Below are positions 1 to 9,854 of a stretch of 42,569 nucleotides of DNA, one piece after another. The notes beneath the pieces were generated by a model. It ran no database searches, had not been told where the DNA came from, and saw only the letters and a program-made list of their open reading frames with translations. Numbering within the stretch: the first letter of the stretch is position 1; every line of letters starts with the position of its first letter. The translations under genes and the position numbers were made by a program. Source of the stretch: a virus (lineage: Duplodnaviria; Caudoviricetes); the IMG/VR virus record IMGVR_UViG_3300027744_000848, positions 1-42,569 of that record. One strand, given 5' to 3'.

Positions 1-6
1 ACCACC

Positions 7-177
7 TCAAGCAGTGCTAGAGATATATGTCTCAAAGACAGCCAGGGTTGAATTGTAACGGAACTGTCCGGCTGAATAAGCTGTCACACGATCTGCGGAT
101 GTACCTACAGCAGTGACGAACGAATTACCAACAACATGAAGGCCATTCTTGACCTTAAAATCTGCTTGCGTAGCCAT
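7..177 (-). CDS. Short ORF (56 aa) resembling the N-terminus of a fibre/structural protein; possibly prematurely terminated
   Basis: Not in the ORF track. Manual translation MATQADFKVKNGLHVVGNSFVTAVGTSADRVTAYSAGQFRYNSTLAVFETYISSTA*; purine-rich RBS (GGAAAGGGAAAG) and TATAAATA upstream. Confidence 0.65.
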   Translation of the reverse strand: MATQADFKVKNGLHVVGNSFVTAVGTSADRVTAYSAGQFRYNSTLAVFETYISSTA

Positions 178-208
178 CTTTCCCTTTCCAGATGCTTACT
201 ATGTAATG

Positions 209-216
209 TATTTATA
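209..216 (-). promoter_or_regulatory. T4-type late promoter TATAAATA
   Basis: Exact consensus, intergenic, 31 nt upstream of ATG at 177. Confidence 0.75.
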
Positions 217-222
217 TATTAT

Positions 223-3024
223 TTATCTATCAGGAAATGCTCTATCGGGTACTGTGAAGTTTCCTGTATATCTTGCTATGCCAGGTGTTATTCGTATCTC
301 ATCGAGACATCCATTGAACGGTTCTACATAAGATGCACCAGATCTTCTTGCAGCTATAGTTACTGTATCTGGTACCTGTAATGTATATGCGCTAGGTTGA
401 GTATTTGATCCTGCAGATGCACCGTTGACATAAAAAGTGAACACGCTATTAGCTCTCACAAGTGCAAGGTGATACCAATTATTTCGTTGAGGTGTTCCGT
501 AAGTGCCGTGCCATGAGGTAGTTGAAACTAAAGTGGCGTTTGCAGCTGTTCCTGCAGAACTAAATTGAGCACCGAATGTATTTCCGTTTTGCCAATACAT
601 TTCCCATGATGCATAGCTTGTAGTACCTGTATTCCAGGCATTGATGATTCTTCCTACCGAGTCGTTTCCTGCAGGATATGCCCAGCACTCTACAGTAAAA
701 TCTCTATTAGCCATATGATGATTATTGACGTTATATGGTATCTGTATATAATCCGAAGTGCCGCCGAATAATATAGATCCTGTATTGAATTTTTTGATAG
801 CAGTGCTTATTCTTGTATTGTAAAATACTTGAGCATTATTTTTTCCTGTGACATCTTTTATGCCGATCTCTTTAGCTTTCAATAAGAATTGAGTGCCCTC
901 GATGGGTTGTAATGGCCCTGCAGGTGGAGTGAAACTGCCCGTACCATATACAGGATTTCCTGTAGTTATTCTCACGTCTGACAGATATCCTGCCATAGGA
1001 AGAGTTAGAGTAGAGAACTGAATGCCTGTGGCGAGCGGACTAACCTGTGTATAGTCTGTATTATCTGGAGTAACAGTTGTTTCTAGTACCCCATTGACAT
1101 ACATTCTTAATACATAGTTGTTTCTGGATAAAGCAACATGATACCATTGGCCAATGACAGGGGTTGTTGTCGATGATACACGAATTGTGCCTGCAATTTG
1201 CCAGACAAAAAATCCAGTACTAGTCTTATAATATAATTGCCATCCTACGCTAGATGCCCATGATTCTACCATTAATCTATCACTGCCTAAAGTCTCAAAA
1301 TATACCCAGGTTTCTACACAAAAATCTCTGAGTCCAAATTGTGTAGCATTCTGATACTTGCCATCTCGCATGATCAGATATCTAGTGGCTGCATTGTTAT
1401 ATACGCTGCTACCTAAATTTGATGGCGCTGAATATGATTTAACAAATGGACTAAATGGCCGGACAGTAACATCACCCACTCTTGTCAGAGTTAGATTGTT
1501 TGTAGAATTATCTTTAACATAAGGATTTTGTAGAGTAAGCAATGTCGTATTTGTTATTGCCTCAAATTTTCTGACAGGCGGAGTAAAATTAACAGTATAG
1601 ACAGCAGTTCCTTTTACCACTCTAACATTAGAGATGAAACCAGCAAAATATCCTGTAGCAAAAGATCTTGAATCTCCTACCTGTCCTATAACTATATCTT
1701 GTGCGACCGAACCATAGTCATTTGCATCAGTATAGGTTGAACCTGCTTGTACTCCATTTACATAAAGTTTGGTTGATCCTGACGATCTTACCAATGCTAT
1801 ATGATACCATGTATTGAGAGAAGCAAGAGTGGTTGTAATTTGATTAGCGTTACTAACCATGTAAGCTAACGTTCCACTAGCTACAAATAATCTTGGTTTT
1901 ACTTGACTTGCTGCACCAACTTGTCTGAAATCTATAAAAGTACCATTATCATTGGTCCATGCTGTTGGATGTATCCAACATTCTACTGTAAAATCTCCTG
2001 TACCTAAAGCAAATCCTGCATTACTAGCAACAGTTAAATAATCTCCTGAACCATCAAAATAACCGCTGTATCCCGTCTGACTGTACGGTGAGAATGTTCC
2101 TTGTCCAAGAAAACCTACAGTCGTTACAGGGATCTTGTTCTGACTAACATCTATGTATGGCTGGCCGGATCCGCTTCCTGTGCTTCCATCGCTCGTATTG
2201 ATATCCATTGCACCAGAAGAAGTTCCGCCGGGAGGAAACGCTGATGATTGGTTGTATAAGAACGGCGAGAATGTCGGAAAAGCTTGTACGCCACCATTTA
2301 CTGTGATTGTGGTACCCAAAGCAGAATCTGCGGGACTTCCTATAGTTTTAGCTTTTAACAATAATACTGTATTAGTGATGACATTTAAAGGTTCTGTAGG
2401 AGGTGTAAAATCAGCAGTATAAACAGCAGAACCATTTACAACACGAACATTAGACATGTAACCCGTAAATTTACTAGATCCATTACCATTAGCGCCAACA
2501 TTTAATGTTGTCGCTTCATTGACTAACGTAATTGCAGCTGTATATACACCTGCAGAAACTCCATTTATATAACGTGTAAAATTATTTCCGCTTCTAACAT
2601 ATGCAACATGATTCCATTGGTTAAAGTTAACTGTTAATGTGGACTCTGAGTTATCTGACCAATTAACACCTGCTGTTGTAGCAACAAGCGTTCTAATAGT
2701 ACCTGTAGTAGACATTCTTATATCAAATGAACCTACAACAGATCCGGTTGCTACTTTGTTAATAAGAATTTGCTCAGCAGCTGTAGATGTTGGATATATC
2801 CACAGCTCTATCGTAAAAGCGTTTGACCCCAATTCGAAATTAGCACTATCAGGTGCAGTTAAATAACTGGTGCTACCATTAAAAAAATAACCGCCACCAC
2901 CTGCATAATCTATCCTAGGATAATTGGCAGCATCGATGTTTTCACCATGCAATAACATCGAAGTGTTTTTAAAATATGTATCTACTGGCTCGTACTTTGG
3001 GTTTGATCTTTTTGTGACAAACAT
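223..3024 (-). CDS. Multi-LamG/concanavalin A-like domain virion protein (4 domains), putative receptor-binding tip
   Basis: Four repeats of F(T/C)(I/V)ExW...W(Y/N)H(V/I/L)A..R......Y(V/I)NG...G(Y/F/C)(I/L/M)(S/D)..R(V/I); N-terminal LLHG motif; TGATG coupling to upstream gene. Confidence 0.85.
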   Translation of the reverse strand: MFVTKRSNPKYEPVDTYFKNTSMLLHGENIDAANYPRIDYAGGGGYFFNGSTSYLTAPDSANFELGSNAFTIELWIYPTSTAAEQILINKVATGSVVGSFDIRMSTTGTIRTLVATTAGVNWSDNSESTLTVNFNQWNHVAYVRSGNNFTRYINGVSAGVYTAAITLVNEATTLNVGANGNGSSKFTGYMSNVRVVNGSAVYTADFTPPTEPLNVITNTVLLLKAKTIGSPADSALGTTITVNGGVQAFPTFSPFLYNQSSAFPPGGTSSGAMDINTSDGSTGSGSGQPYIDVSQNKIPVTTVGFLGQGTFSPYSQTGYSGYFDGSGDYLTVASNAGFALGTGDFTVECWIHPTAWTNDNGTFIDFRQVGAASQVKPRLFVASGTLAYMVSNANQITTTLASLNTWYHIALVRSSGSTKLYVNGVQAGSTYTDANDYGSVAQDIVIGQVGDSRSFATGYFAGFISNVRVVKGTAVYTVNFTPPVRKFEAITNTTLLTLQNPYVKDNSTNNLTLTRVGDVTVRPFSPFVKSYSAPSNLGSSVYNNAATRYLIMRDGKYQNATQFGLRDFCVETWVYFETLGSDRLMVESWASSVGWQLYYKTSTGFFVWQIAGTIRVSSTTTPVIGQWYHVALSRNNYVLRMYVNGVLETTVTPDNTDYTQVSPLATGIQFSTLTLPMAGYLSDVRITTGNPVYGTGSFTPPAGPLQPIEGTQFLLKAKEIGIKDVTGKNNAQVFYNTRISTAIKKFNTGSILFGGTSDYIQIPYNVNNHHMANRDFTVECWAYPAGNDSVGRIINAWNTGTTSYASWEMYWQNGNTFGAQFSSAGTAANATLVSTTSWHGTYGTPQRNNWYHLALVRANSVFTFYVNGASAGSNTQPSAYTLQVPDTVTIAARRSGASYVEPFNGCLDEIRITPGIARYTGNFTVPDRAFPDR

Positions 3025-3761
3025 CAGTATGCCATTCCACCCAGCATTCCATACCAGGTTGATCCGTCAGAGACAAAAGATACAAGATCTTTCTTGCTAG
3101 CTGTTGCGGTCAATGTCGGAGTTATTCCTTCAGGCCATGTCACGCCATTCCATGTGACAGCATATCCGCCAGTTCCTGAACTGATGATCATCGTAAAGCT
3201 CTTGCCAGCAGAGACAGCTGGCATCGAGATAGTCGTCGTAGCATCCAATGTGATCAGTTGCATGGACCCGTTATTGAGATCTACTGTATAAGTAGCACCG
3301 ATAGCAGTATTCGTATATGATTGTTCTTTATAATTCAAGAATGTCGTGTTGGAAATATAGGAATTGTTTATGTTTGCAACCGATATAGTATTAGAGAATG
3401 TGACGGCATTAGCAAATGTCACCGTGCTATTATATGTCGCAGTCCCGTTATATGTTGATGTATTATTGAATGTTATAGCGTTGCTCACAGCAATCGTGCT
3501 GTAGTTCAATAGCGTACTGAATGAGCTCCAGCTTACGTTTGTCGTGCTGCCGCCGGATATCAGCAACTGACCTGCTGTGCCTTGGCTGTTATTAGCAAGT
3601 ATGTATGTGAGATTTGAATTTCCCGTGACATTGAGATTGACTGTATTGGTCGATGCAGCAGTCGCAAACCCGTTAGATACAGTATTAGCAAAAGATACAT
3701 TCTTTGCAGATGTCGATGTTACAATAGTTCCTAGCGATGCAAGATTCCTTGAATTTGACAT
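3024..3761 (-). CDS. Ser/Thr/Asn-rich fibre connector protein
   Basis: C-terminal ~200 aa closely paralogous to C-terminus of 7031..9820 (YKEQSY...VDLN.G...GKSFT..IS.G.GGY.V.WNGVT...KKD..SF.SDGS.W). Confidence 0.75.
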   Translation of the reverse strand: MSNSRNLASLGTIVTSTSAKNVSFANTVSNGFATAASTNTVNLNVTGNSNLTYILANNSQGTAGQLLISGGSTTNVSWSSFSTLLNYSTIAVSNAITFNNTSTYNGTATYNSTVTFANAVTFSNTISVANINNSYISNTTFLNYKEQSYTNTAIGATYTVDLNNGSMQLITLDATTTISMPAVSAGKSFTMIISSGTGGYAVTWNGVTWPEGITPTLTATASKKDLVSFVSDGSTWYGMLGGMAY

Positions 3762-3762
3762 T

Positions 3763-4722
3763 TTAGATACCCACCGCTACTCTGTAAATCTTGACATTAT
3801 TATTGGGATTGGTTGGCGTTCCCATCACGAACAAGCTAGAACCAGAAACGCTGGCATCAAAAGACATCAGAGAATAGCTTGAATACACAGCTCCGTATTC
3901 TGTGATGAAAGCAGTCGTCCCGTCATGCAACACCAATAGTTCGCATAGATGATATAGATTGTTTGATGTATCTGTGATCTGCATCATGTATTTTGCTGAT
4001 CTGTACAATGATATATCAAGAACATCCAGAGATGCCTGATTGGTCGATGTTGTCGTGACCAGACCTACCGTCTCAAATATCACAGATCCTATAGTAACAG
4101 ATGGGACGGATGCTATCGATATTGAAGGAGCAGTTATCACAGCAGAAGAATATGCTGTTATTTCTACGACATCATCAAGATACAATGCTGATGTAAATGT
4201 GATAGAGCTTCCGTTTGCGGCTGTATAATCGACACCCGAAACTTGTTTGACACCGTTGATGAATACAGAGAGAGAACCCACAGTATAAGATAGAGTAGCC
4301 GCATTGTTATCAGCACCTGAAACGACTGTCTGTGCAGCAGCGGCAGTGAAGTAATAGTTCGTGAAAGATGTAGGTGAGCTATACGTATTGTATGTGCTAG
4401 GTGTTCTAACTTCTACCTTGACGCCGTTATCAATCGCAGCTGTAAATGTAAGTGTTGTCCCAGAGATGCTGTAAGCAGATGTTGGAAGCTGACCCAATCC
4501 AGAAACAAACACAATCGAGTTATTTGTCGTGCTAGATTGCGATATCGTAAACTGTGTATTAGAACCGTTGCCCGTGAACGTATCTGTAAAATTGGTAACA
4601 GATGATGTTGTCGTTCCGCCAGGTGCGACTGTCCATGAGGTGCCACTCCATGTCCATGTCTTATTGTTTAATGAATAGTTTTGTCCAACTGTCGGTGAAG
4701 TAGGAAAATTTAAATCAGCCAT
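3763..4722 (-). CDS. Fibre/branching structural protein
   Basis: N-terminal MADLNFPTSP..W.W...W motif, two small beta domains (GNGSNTQFT..Y.ISGTTLTF; V.INGVKQ..GVDYT), C-terminal YRSAKY..HDG..EYG domain typical of T4-like fibre proteins. Confidence 0.75.
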   Translation of the reverse strand: MADLNFPTSPTVGQNYSLNNKTWTWSGTSWTVAPGGTTTSSVTNFTDTFTGNGSNTQFTISQSSTTNNSIVFVSGLGQLPTSAYSISGTTLTFTAAIDNGVKVEVRTPSTYNTYSSPTSFTNYYFTAAAAQTVVSGADNNAATLSYTVGSLSVFINGVKQVSGVDYTAANGSSITFTSALYLDDVVEITAYSSAVITAPSISIASVPSVTIGSVIFETVGLVTTTSTNQASLDVLDISLYRSAKYMMQITDTSNNLYHLCELLVLHDGTTAFITEYGAVYSSYSLMSFDASVSGSSLFVMGTPTNPNNNVKIYRVAVGI

Positions 4723-4750
4723 TTATATGTTTACCATCATGGGTTTTAAG

Positions 4751-4758
4751 TATTTATA
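4751..4758 (-). promoter_or_regulatory. T4-type late promoter TATAAATA
   Basis: Exact consensus, intergenic, upstream of ATG at 4722. Confidence 0.75.
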
Positions 4759-4760
4759 CG

Positions 4761-7031
4761 TTATCTGTCCGGATGTTGTCTTATGGGAGGTGTGAATGCT
4801 GCTGTATATCTAGCAAGCCCTTTTGTGATACGTAAATCATCTATGTATCCAGATACGGCAGAGCCGGCGCCAAGACCAATTTGTAAACCACTTTCTACAT
4901 AGTTAGTAGTTACTGATCCGTTACCTAGTAAAACTCCGTTTTTAAAAATATAAGCTATACCGCTGCTTCTAGTGATTGCATAATGATTCCAAGAGCCAGT
5001 AGTTTCCGTAGAAACTGCTGCCAGATCATCTGCTACATTATATCTTGATAAAGCTATCTTATTAGAAATTATATAAATGCTCAATCCTGTTGTTCCTGAT
5101 GTAACAGTGTGAAGAACATTGCCAGGTATTGTACCGCTCACTGCATTCCAATATGCCCAAAATTCAATAGTAAAGTTACCTGTGCCCATCCTAAAAAAAT
5201 CATTTGTTGGTGAGCTTAAATAATCCGTTGTTCCATTAAAGAACATGCTGGTTCCGCCAAATTTGCTTACTGTAGAACTAAGTTGAGCTGATCCGACTGT
5301 GATTAAATTGTTCTTTTGTGTGCTATCGATAATTCCAGCATTGGTTGAACTGATGAGAAATTGTGTGTTTGGTGGGTATGCAGCAATATAATTTGAATTG
5401 GACGTGAATGGGTATAGAGGCAAATAACCAATAGAGCTAGTATTTGAATTATTTCTATTATAATCAAAATATGAAGTTGTATTATACGCTGCATTATATT
5501 TGGTAATCTTAAAATCTGACAAATAACCTGAGTAATAAGTCAAGCTAGTATTTCCGTTCGTCGATCTTCTGTATCCTATAGTCAAACCGACAGCACTGTT
5601 TCCGGTCGGAAATCCCGTGACTTGATTTAAATTATTGACCTGGCCGGTTGCTGCAAATGCTAATTTTACATAATTCCAGGAATTATATTTTATATACTGG
5701 GTGTTTAAAGAATTTATTCGTAAAGCAGGATCTCCTGCATTATAGGTGTCTTTTATGGCCTGTGATGAACCTCCGGATACAGTATTACTTGAAGTATTAG
5801 ACCATTGAAAATACACCTCCGCCATGTTCTGACCTGAAGAAGTAAACGGCGATATGTACATCAACATGCCGCCGGGTCCTCCGGTATTGCCGACTGCCGA
5901 ATATGTGTTTGCATATGTATCAAATATCACTTGATTGCCGGTATTTGAAGTGGGGTGTATCCAAAATTCTATTGCAAAAAATTCAGTCGAAAAATAAAAA
6001 CTGTTTGATGCTGATGTGGTCAAATAATCAGTAGACCCGTTAAAATACACACTGCCGCCATTCCTTGCTTTGGCATATGCGCTAGTGGGTGCAAACGGCA
6101 CAAAGTTTGTGATTTTTGGAGTGCCACGCACACCAATGCCATTGGTGCCAGGGTACGAATTCGTAACGAGATCTGCATTATGCACATCTTTAAATCGGCT
6201 AGAACTACATGCAAGAAGAGACACTCCTCCTGTTCCTGGAGTTTGTTTCCACACATCTCCTCCAATACTGGGATATTGATATTGAGGTAGTGGGACCGTA
6301 GAAGGTGTGAAATTGGCGGTGTATAATGCTTTTCTTTTTGTTATTCTTAAATTGGAAATGTATCCGGGAAAAACATTGGTACCGTCTGGTCTTGCTCCTA
6401 TTGTAGGCGGGTCGGCATTTCCGTTAGCAGAATTAGTAACACCCGTTTGGGTTTCTTTTAGGACGCCATTGATAAAAGTGCGTACTGTTGTGCCTGATCT
6501 GCTGATAGCAACGTGAGTCCATGTGTTCAATGATATGGCTAAATCAGCAACATCAGCACTATTAGATGTATATATCTGCCAGACCAAACGGTTATTGGTT
6601 CTAATATAGAACGCATAGGCATTAGGATTCGGACTTGCCCAATGCATAAATATCATTTTGTCAGCGCCGTTATCGCTAGTTTGATATATCCATGCTTCTA
6701 TCGTAAAATCACCGTTGGTATCAGAGGCGCTGCCAGCTCCAAATGACAGTCCCCCGTAAGCTGGCGAGTTTACATCACTTACTGGTGTTACTATTAAATA
6801 ATCAGTTGTTCCATTAAATAAAACGCTCCAACCTGTAGAAGCATACGGAGAGAATGTACCTTGTGCCGGATTTCCGATTTTAGTGATAGTATTATACCCG
6901 CTACTATCTAAAAATACGCTATTATTAGATCCAGTCGTCCCATCACCATGCAACAGTAATACATTGCTGTTAAAGTTGGCATCTCTGGGTTGATTAGCAA
7001 AAGGAGCACCGGTTGATTTCGTGACAAACAT
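4761..7031 (-). CDS. Multi-LamG/concanavalin A-like domain virion protein (3 domains), putative receptor-binding tip
   Basis: DFTIEAW..WTHVAISRSG..FING, FAIEFWIHP, FTIEFW..WNHYA..GYIDDLRITKGLARY motifs; paralog of 223..3024 with the same MFVTK start. Confidence 0.85.
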   Translation of the reverse strand: MFVTKSTGAPFANQPRDANFNSNVLLLHGDGTTGSNNSVFLDSSGYNTITKIGNPAQGTFSPYASTGWSVLFNGTTDYLIVTPVSDVNSPAYGGLSFGAGSASDTNGDFTIEAWIYQTSDNGADKMIFMHWASPNPNAYAFYIRTNNRLVWQIYTSNSADVADLAISLNTWTHVAISRSGTTVRTFINGVLKETQTGVTNSANGNADPPTIGARPDGTNVFPGYISNLRITKRKALYTANFTPSTVPLPQYQYPSIGGDVWKQTPGTGGVSLLACSSSRFKDVHNADLVTNSYPGTNGIGVRGTPKITNFVPFAPTSAYAKARNGGSVYFNGSTDYLTTSASNSFYFSTEFFAIEFWIHPTSNTGNQVIFDTYANTYSAVGNTGGPGGMLMYISPFTSSGQNMAEVYFQWSNTSSNTVSGGSSQAIKDTYNAGDPALRINSLNTQYIKYNSWNYVKLAFAATGQVNNLNQVTGFPTGNSAVGLTIGYRRSTNGNTSLTYYSGYLSDFKITKYNAAYNTTSYFDYNRNNSNTSSIGYLPLYPFTSNSNYIAAYPPNTQFLISSTNAGIIDSTQKNNLITVGSAQLSSTVSKFGGTSMFFNGTTDYLSSPTNDFFRMGTGNFTIEFWAYWNAVSGTIPGNVLHTVTSGTTGLSIYIISNKIALSRYNVADDLAAVSTETTGSWNHYAITRSSGIAYIFKNGVLLGNGSVTTNYVESGLQIGLGAGSAVSGYIDDLRITKGLARYTAAFTPPIRQHPDR

Positions 7032-9820
7032 CAGAAGTTCTGTCCTGCGACAAATCCGAACCAGCTGGATCCGTCACTGATGAATGACAGGATGTCTTTT
7101 TTAATCGATGTAGCAGTGGCAACCGGTGCTACACCATCAGAAAACGTGACGCCGTTCCAGGATACGGTATAGCCACCAGAACCTGTGCTGATGATAAGGG
7201 TAAAACTCTTACCTGCTGCAGCAGTCGGCATATAGATCGTCGTGCTGCTAGTCAGAGTAAGAAGATGCAAAGTACCTTGATTTAGATCTACAGTATAGCT
7301 AGCGCCGAATGAAGTGTTTGAATATGATTGTTCTTTGTAGTTGTTAAAAGTTGTGTTGGCAATATATGTGGAATTGATGTTCGCTACTGATATCGTGTTA
7401 GAGAACGTGACGGCATTGGCAAATGTCACAGCATTAGCAAAAGTCGAATTGCGATTAAACAATGTGTTAGCATTGAATGTGTATACTTTCGTTATGGTCT
7501 GATCAGTAGAATTGAGACTGAACACATTGGCAACCGAATCCCAATACACATTAGATGCTGCTCCGCCTGATAACAATACTTGTCCAGCAGTCCCTTGGCT
7601 GCTATTTGCTAAGATATATGTCGGAGATGTGTTACCAGATACATTTAGATTGACAGTATTAGTTGTCGTAGCAGTTATCGTGTTTATTATCGCATAGTTT
7701 GATACGTTTAATATAGGTGTTCTTACGATAGTAGCTGCATTGACTGTGGATACTACCAGGTCACCCAATGACAACGCTCCGGAAACAGTCATGCTTCCAG
7801 TAGAAATATTATTGGTGATCGTCAGATCTCTTGCAGCAGCAGTTCCTGTGACGGACAATGATGCACCCGTCAATGAGTATGCAGCAGAGACGGTGTTTGC
7901 AGATATCGGACCTGTCAGCGATATAGCATTGAATGATGGTGATGGGTTAGACGCATCGACCCATTGGCTGCTATCTTGATCATCATAATAGATCTTAAGC
8001 GTACCTTCTTCAGTACTCCACCAAAGGTTACCATTGGTAAGATTAGATGACGGTGCAGTATTAGAAACAGTGACAGACGCACCGCCACCACCTTCTCCGC
8101 CAGCACCTGCAGATCCTGTGTATCCTCTGACACCTTGATCTCCAAAAGAACCTGTATATCCTATATTACCAAATGATCCTGTATAACCGAAATCACCTTG
8201 TGATCCTACATAACCCGCACCTGTCGATCCTGTATAACCTAGATCACCGTATGAACCTGTATATCCGAAAGATCCTACATATCCAGTAGATCCTGTATAT
8301 CCCAATGAGCCGGTGTATCCTGTTACACCAAAAGATCCTGTGTATCCTGTTGCACCAAAAGATCCTGTGTATCCCGTAGAACCTGTATATCCTAGGTCTC
8401 CTTTAGATCCTGTAAATCCAACTGAACCATTATAACCAATGACACCATCAGCTCCTCTAGATCCTGTATATCCTAGATCACCTTTTGATCCCGCATATCC
8501 AACAGAACCCGTGAATCCTATAGATCCTGTATACCCAACAACACTTGTCCAAAATATTCCACCAGTACTATTTGCTGCTAATAATTGACCTGTATTTCCT
8601 GCTGCATTGTTAGCATACAAAAAATTCGTATATATGTTGGATACACTTAAAGTAGTGCCGTCAATAGTAGTTGTAATTGACTGGCCATCATTTACAATAG
8701 TATCATTTATTAATGTTGGCGAGCCAGCAGTTGTTATTGTTGTGCCAATACCGCTAGCATCAACAAAAGTATTACCGATCAACGTAAGTATTTTAGTATT
8801 GGCAATTGCTGTCAATGGCGAACCTGGAGGAGTAAATCCGTTTATGTCATAAACATTTCCACCTTGATTTGTTACTACTCTAAAGTTAGAAAATACAGCA
8901 TTGCCTGATAATTTCGTCCAACCACCTGCCCAGGTTCCTGTTGGGGTGCTGCCGTTATAACCACCGATACTATTAAGATTGGTTACTTGGCCATCGATAG
9001 CAATATAAGTACTACCATTCCTACCAATATAAGCAAAATGATACCAAATATCATTTTCAAAGGTCCTGTATACTATATCGCCAGCAACTACATGGCCATT
9101 GTTCACAACCCGTATCATTGAAGTATTAGCGTTAAGACTTAGTTGGTTGGTACCGCTGGCACCAAACTGAGAGAGACCTGAAGTAGGAAGGGTTTTAAAT
9201 TTAACAAAAAATTCTACTGTGTATCCGTTAGCTGTAGCGCTGTTTAATGGGACTTCTCCAAAACTTACATTTTTAGGTGTAGTAGCATCAAGTTCTGTTG
9301 AGAAAGTAGAAAATATTGTATTTGTTGTAAAATTTAATAATGGTGTCGTGATTGAAGTATCAGTGATGACGGTATTAACTACGCCATTACCGACATATAT
9401 TTGACCTGTGCTAATAAGATTGTTTACTGATATTGACTGTCCGTTAGTAAAACTGCTCGTAGCTGCAGAACCCGTAAATCCTATAGATCCGGTATATCCT
9501 AAGTCACCTTTAGATCCTACAAATCCGGTTGATCCTAAATATCCTGCAGATCCTACAAATCCTGCACCTGCAGAACCAGTGTATCCCAGATCACCCTTAG
9601 ATCCTACAAATCCGACTGAACCATTATAACCAATGACACCATCAGTACCTCTGGATCCTGTATATCCCGTAGATCCTGTGAATCCTACACCCTGAGATCC
9701 TGTATAGCCACCACTACCAGTTTCCCAATAAACAACTGTTCCATTAGACGTAAGAACTTGTCCAACAGAAGAATTGTTAGCGGATATCAGTAGAGGATTA
9801 ATTTGTCTATAATTTGCCAT
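7031..9820 (-). CDS. Collagen-like fibre protein with embedded LamG-like domain
   Basis: Two G-X-Y tracts (GYT-GSx), internal YTVEFFVK..WYHFA..NFRV domain, AP..G.LWW..YYDD.DSSQWV knob, C-terminal domain shared with 3024..3761. Confidence 0.8.
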   Translation of the reverse strand: MANYRQINPLLISANNSSVGQVLTSNGTVVYWETGSGGYTGSQGVGFTGSTGYTGSRGTDGVIGYNGSVGFVGSKGDLGYTGSAGAGFVGSAGYLGSTGFVGSKGDLGYTGSIGFTGSAATSSFTNGQSISVNNLISTGQIYVGNGVVNTVITDTSITTPLLNFTTNTIFSTFSTELDATTPKNVSFGEVPLNSATANGYTVEFFVKFKTLPTSGLSQFGASGTNQLSLNANTSMIRVVNNGHVVAGDIVYRTFENDIWYHFAYIGRNGSTYIAIDGQVTNLNSIGGYNGSTPTGTWAGGWTKLSGNAVFSNFRVVTNQGGNVYDINGFTPPGSPLTAIANTKILTLIGNTFVDASGIGTTITTAGSPTLINDTIVNDGQSITTTIDGTTLSVSNIYTNFLYANNAAGNTGQLLAANSTGGIFWTSVVGYTGSIGFTGSVGYAGSKGDLGYTGSRGADGVIGYNGSVGFTGSKGDLGYTGSTGYTGSFGATGYTGSFGVTGYTGSLGYTGSTGYVGSFGYTGSYGDLGYTGSTGAGYVGSQGDFGYTGSFGNIGYTGSFGDQGVRGYTGSAGAGGEGGGGASVTVSNTAPSSNLTNGNLWWSTEEGTLKIYYDDQDSSQWVDASNPSPSFNAISLTGPISANTVSAAYSLTGASLSVTGTAAARDLTITNNISTGSMTVSGALSLGDLVVSTVNAATIVRTPILNVSNYAIINTITATTTNTVNLNVSGNTSPTYILANSSQGTAGQVLLSGGAASNVYWDSVANVFSLNSTDQTITKVYTFNANTLFNRNSTFANAVTFANAVTFSNTISVANINSTYIANTTFNNYKEQSYSNTSFGASYTVDLNQGTLHLLTLTSSTTIYMPTAAAGKSFTLIISTGSGGYTVSWNGVTFSDGVAPVATATSIKKDILSFISDGSSWFGFVAGQNF

Positions 9821-9846
9821 GTCTATCTTTTGTTTATATCTACTAT

Positions 9847-9854
9847 TATTTATT
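9847..9854 (-). promoter_or_regulatory. Near-consensus late promoter AATAAATA
   Basis: 7/8 match, overlapping upstream stop, same relative position as exact copies elsewhere. Confidence 0.5.
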
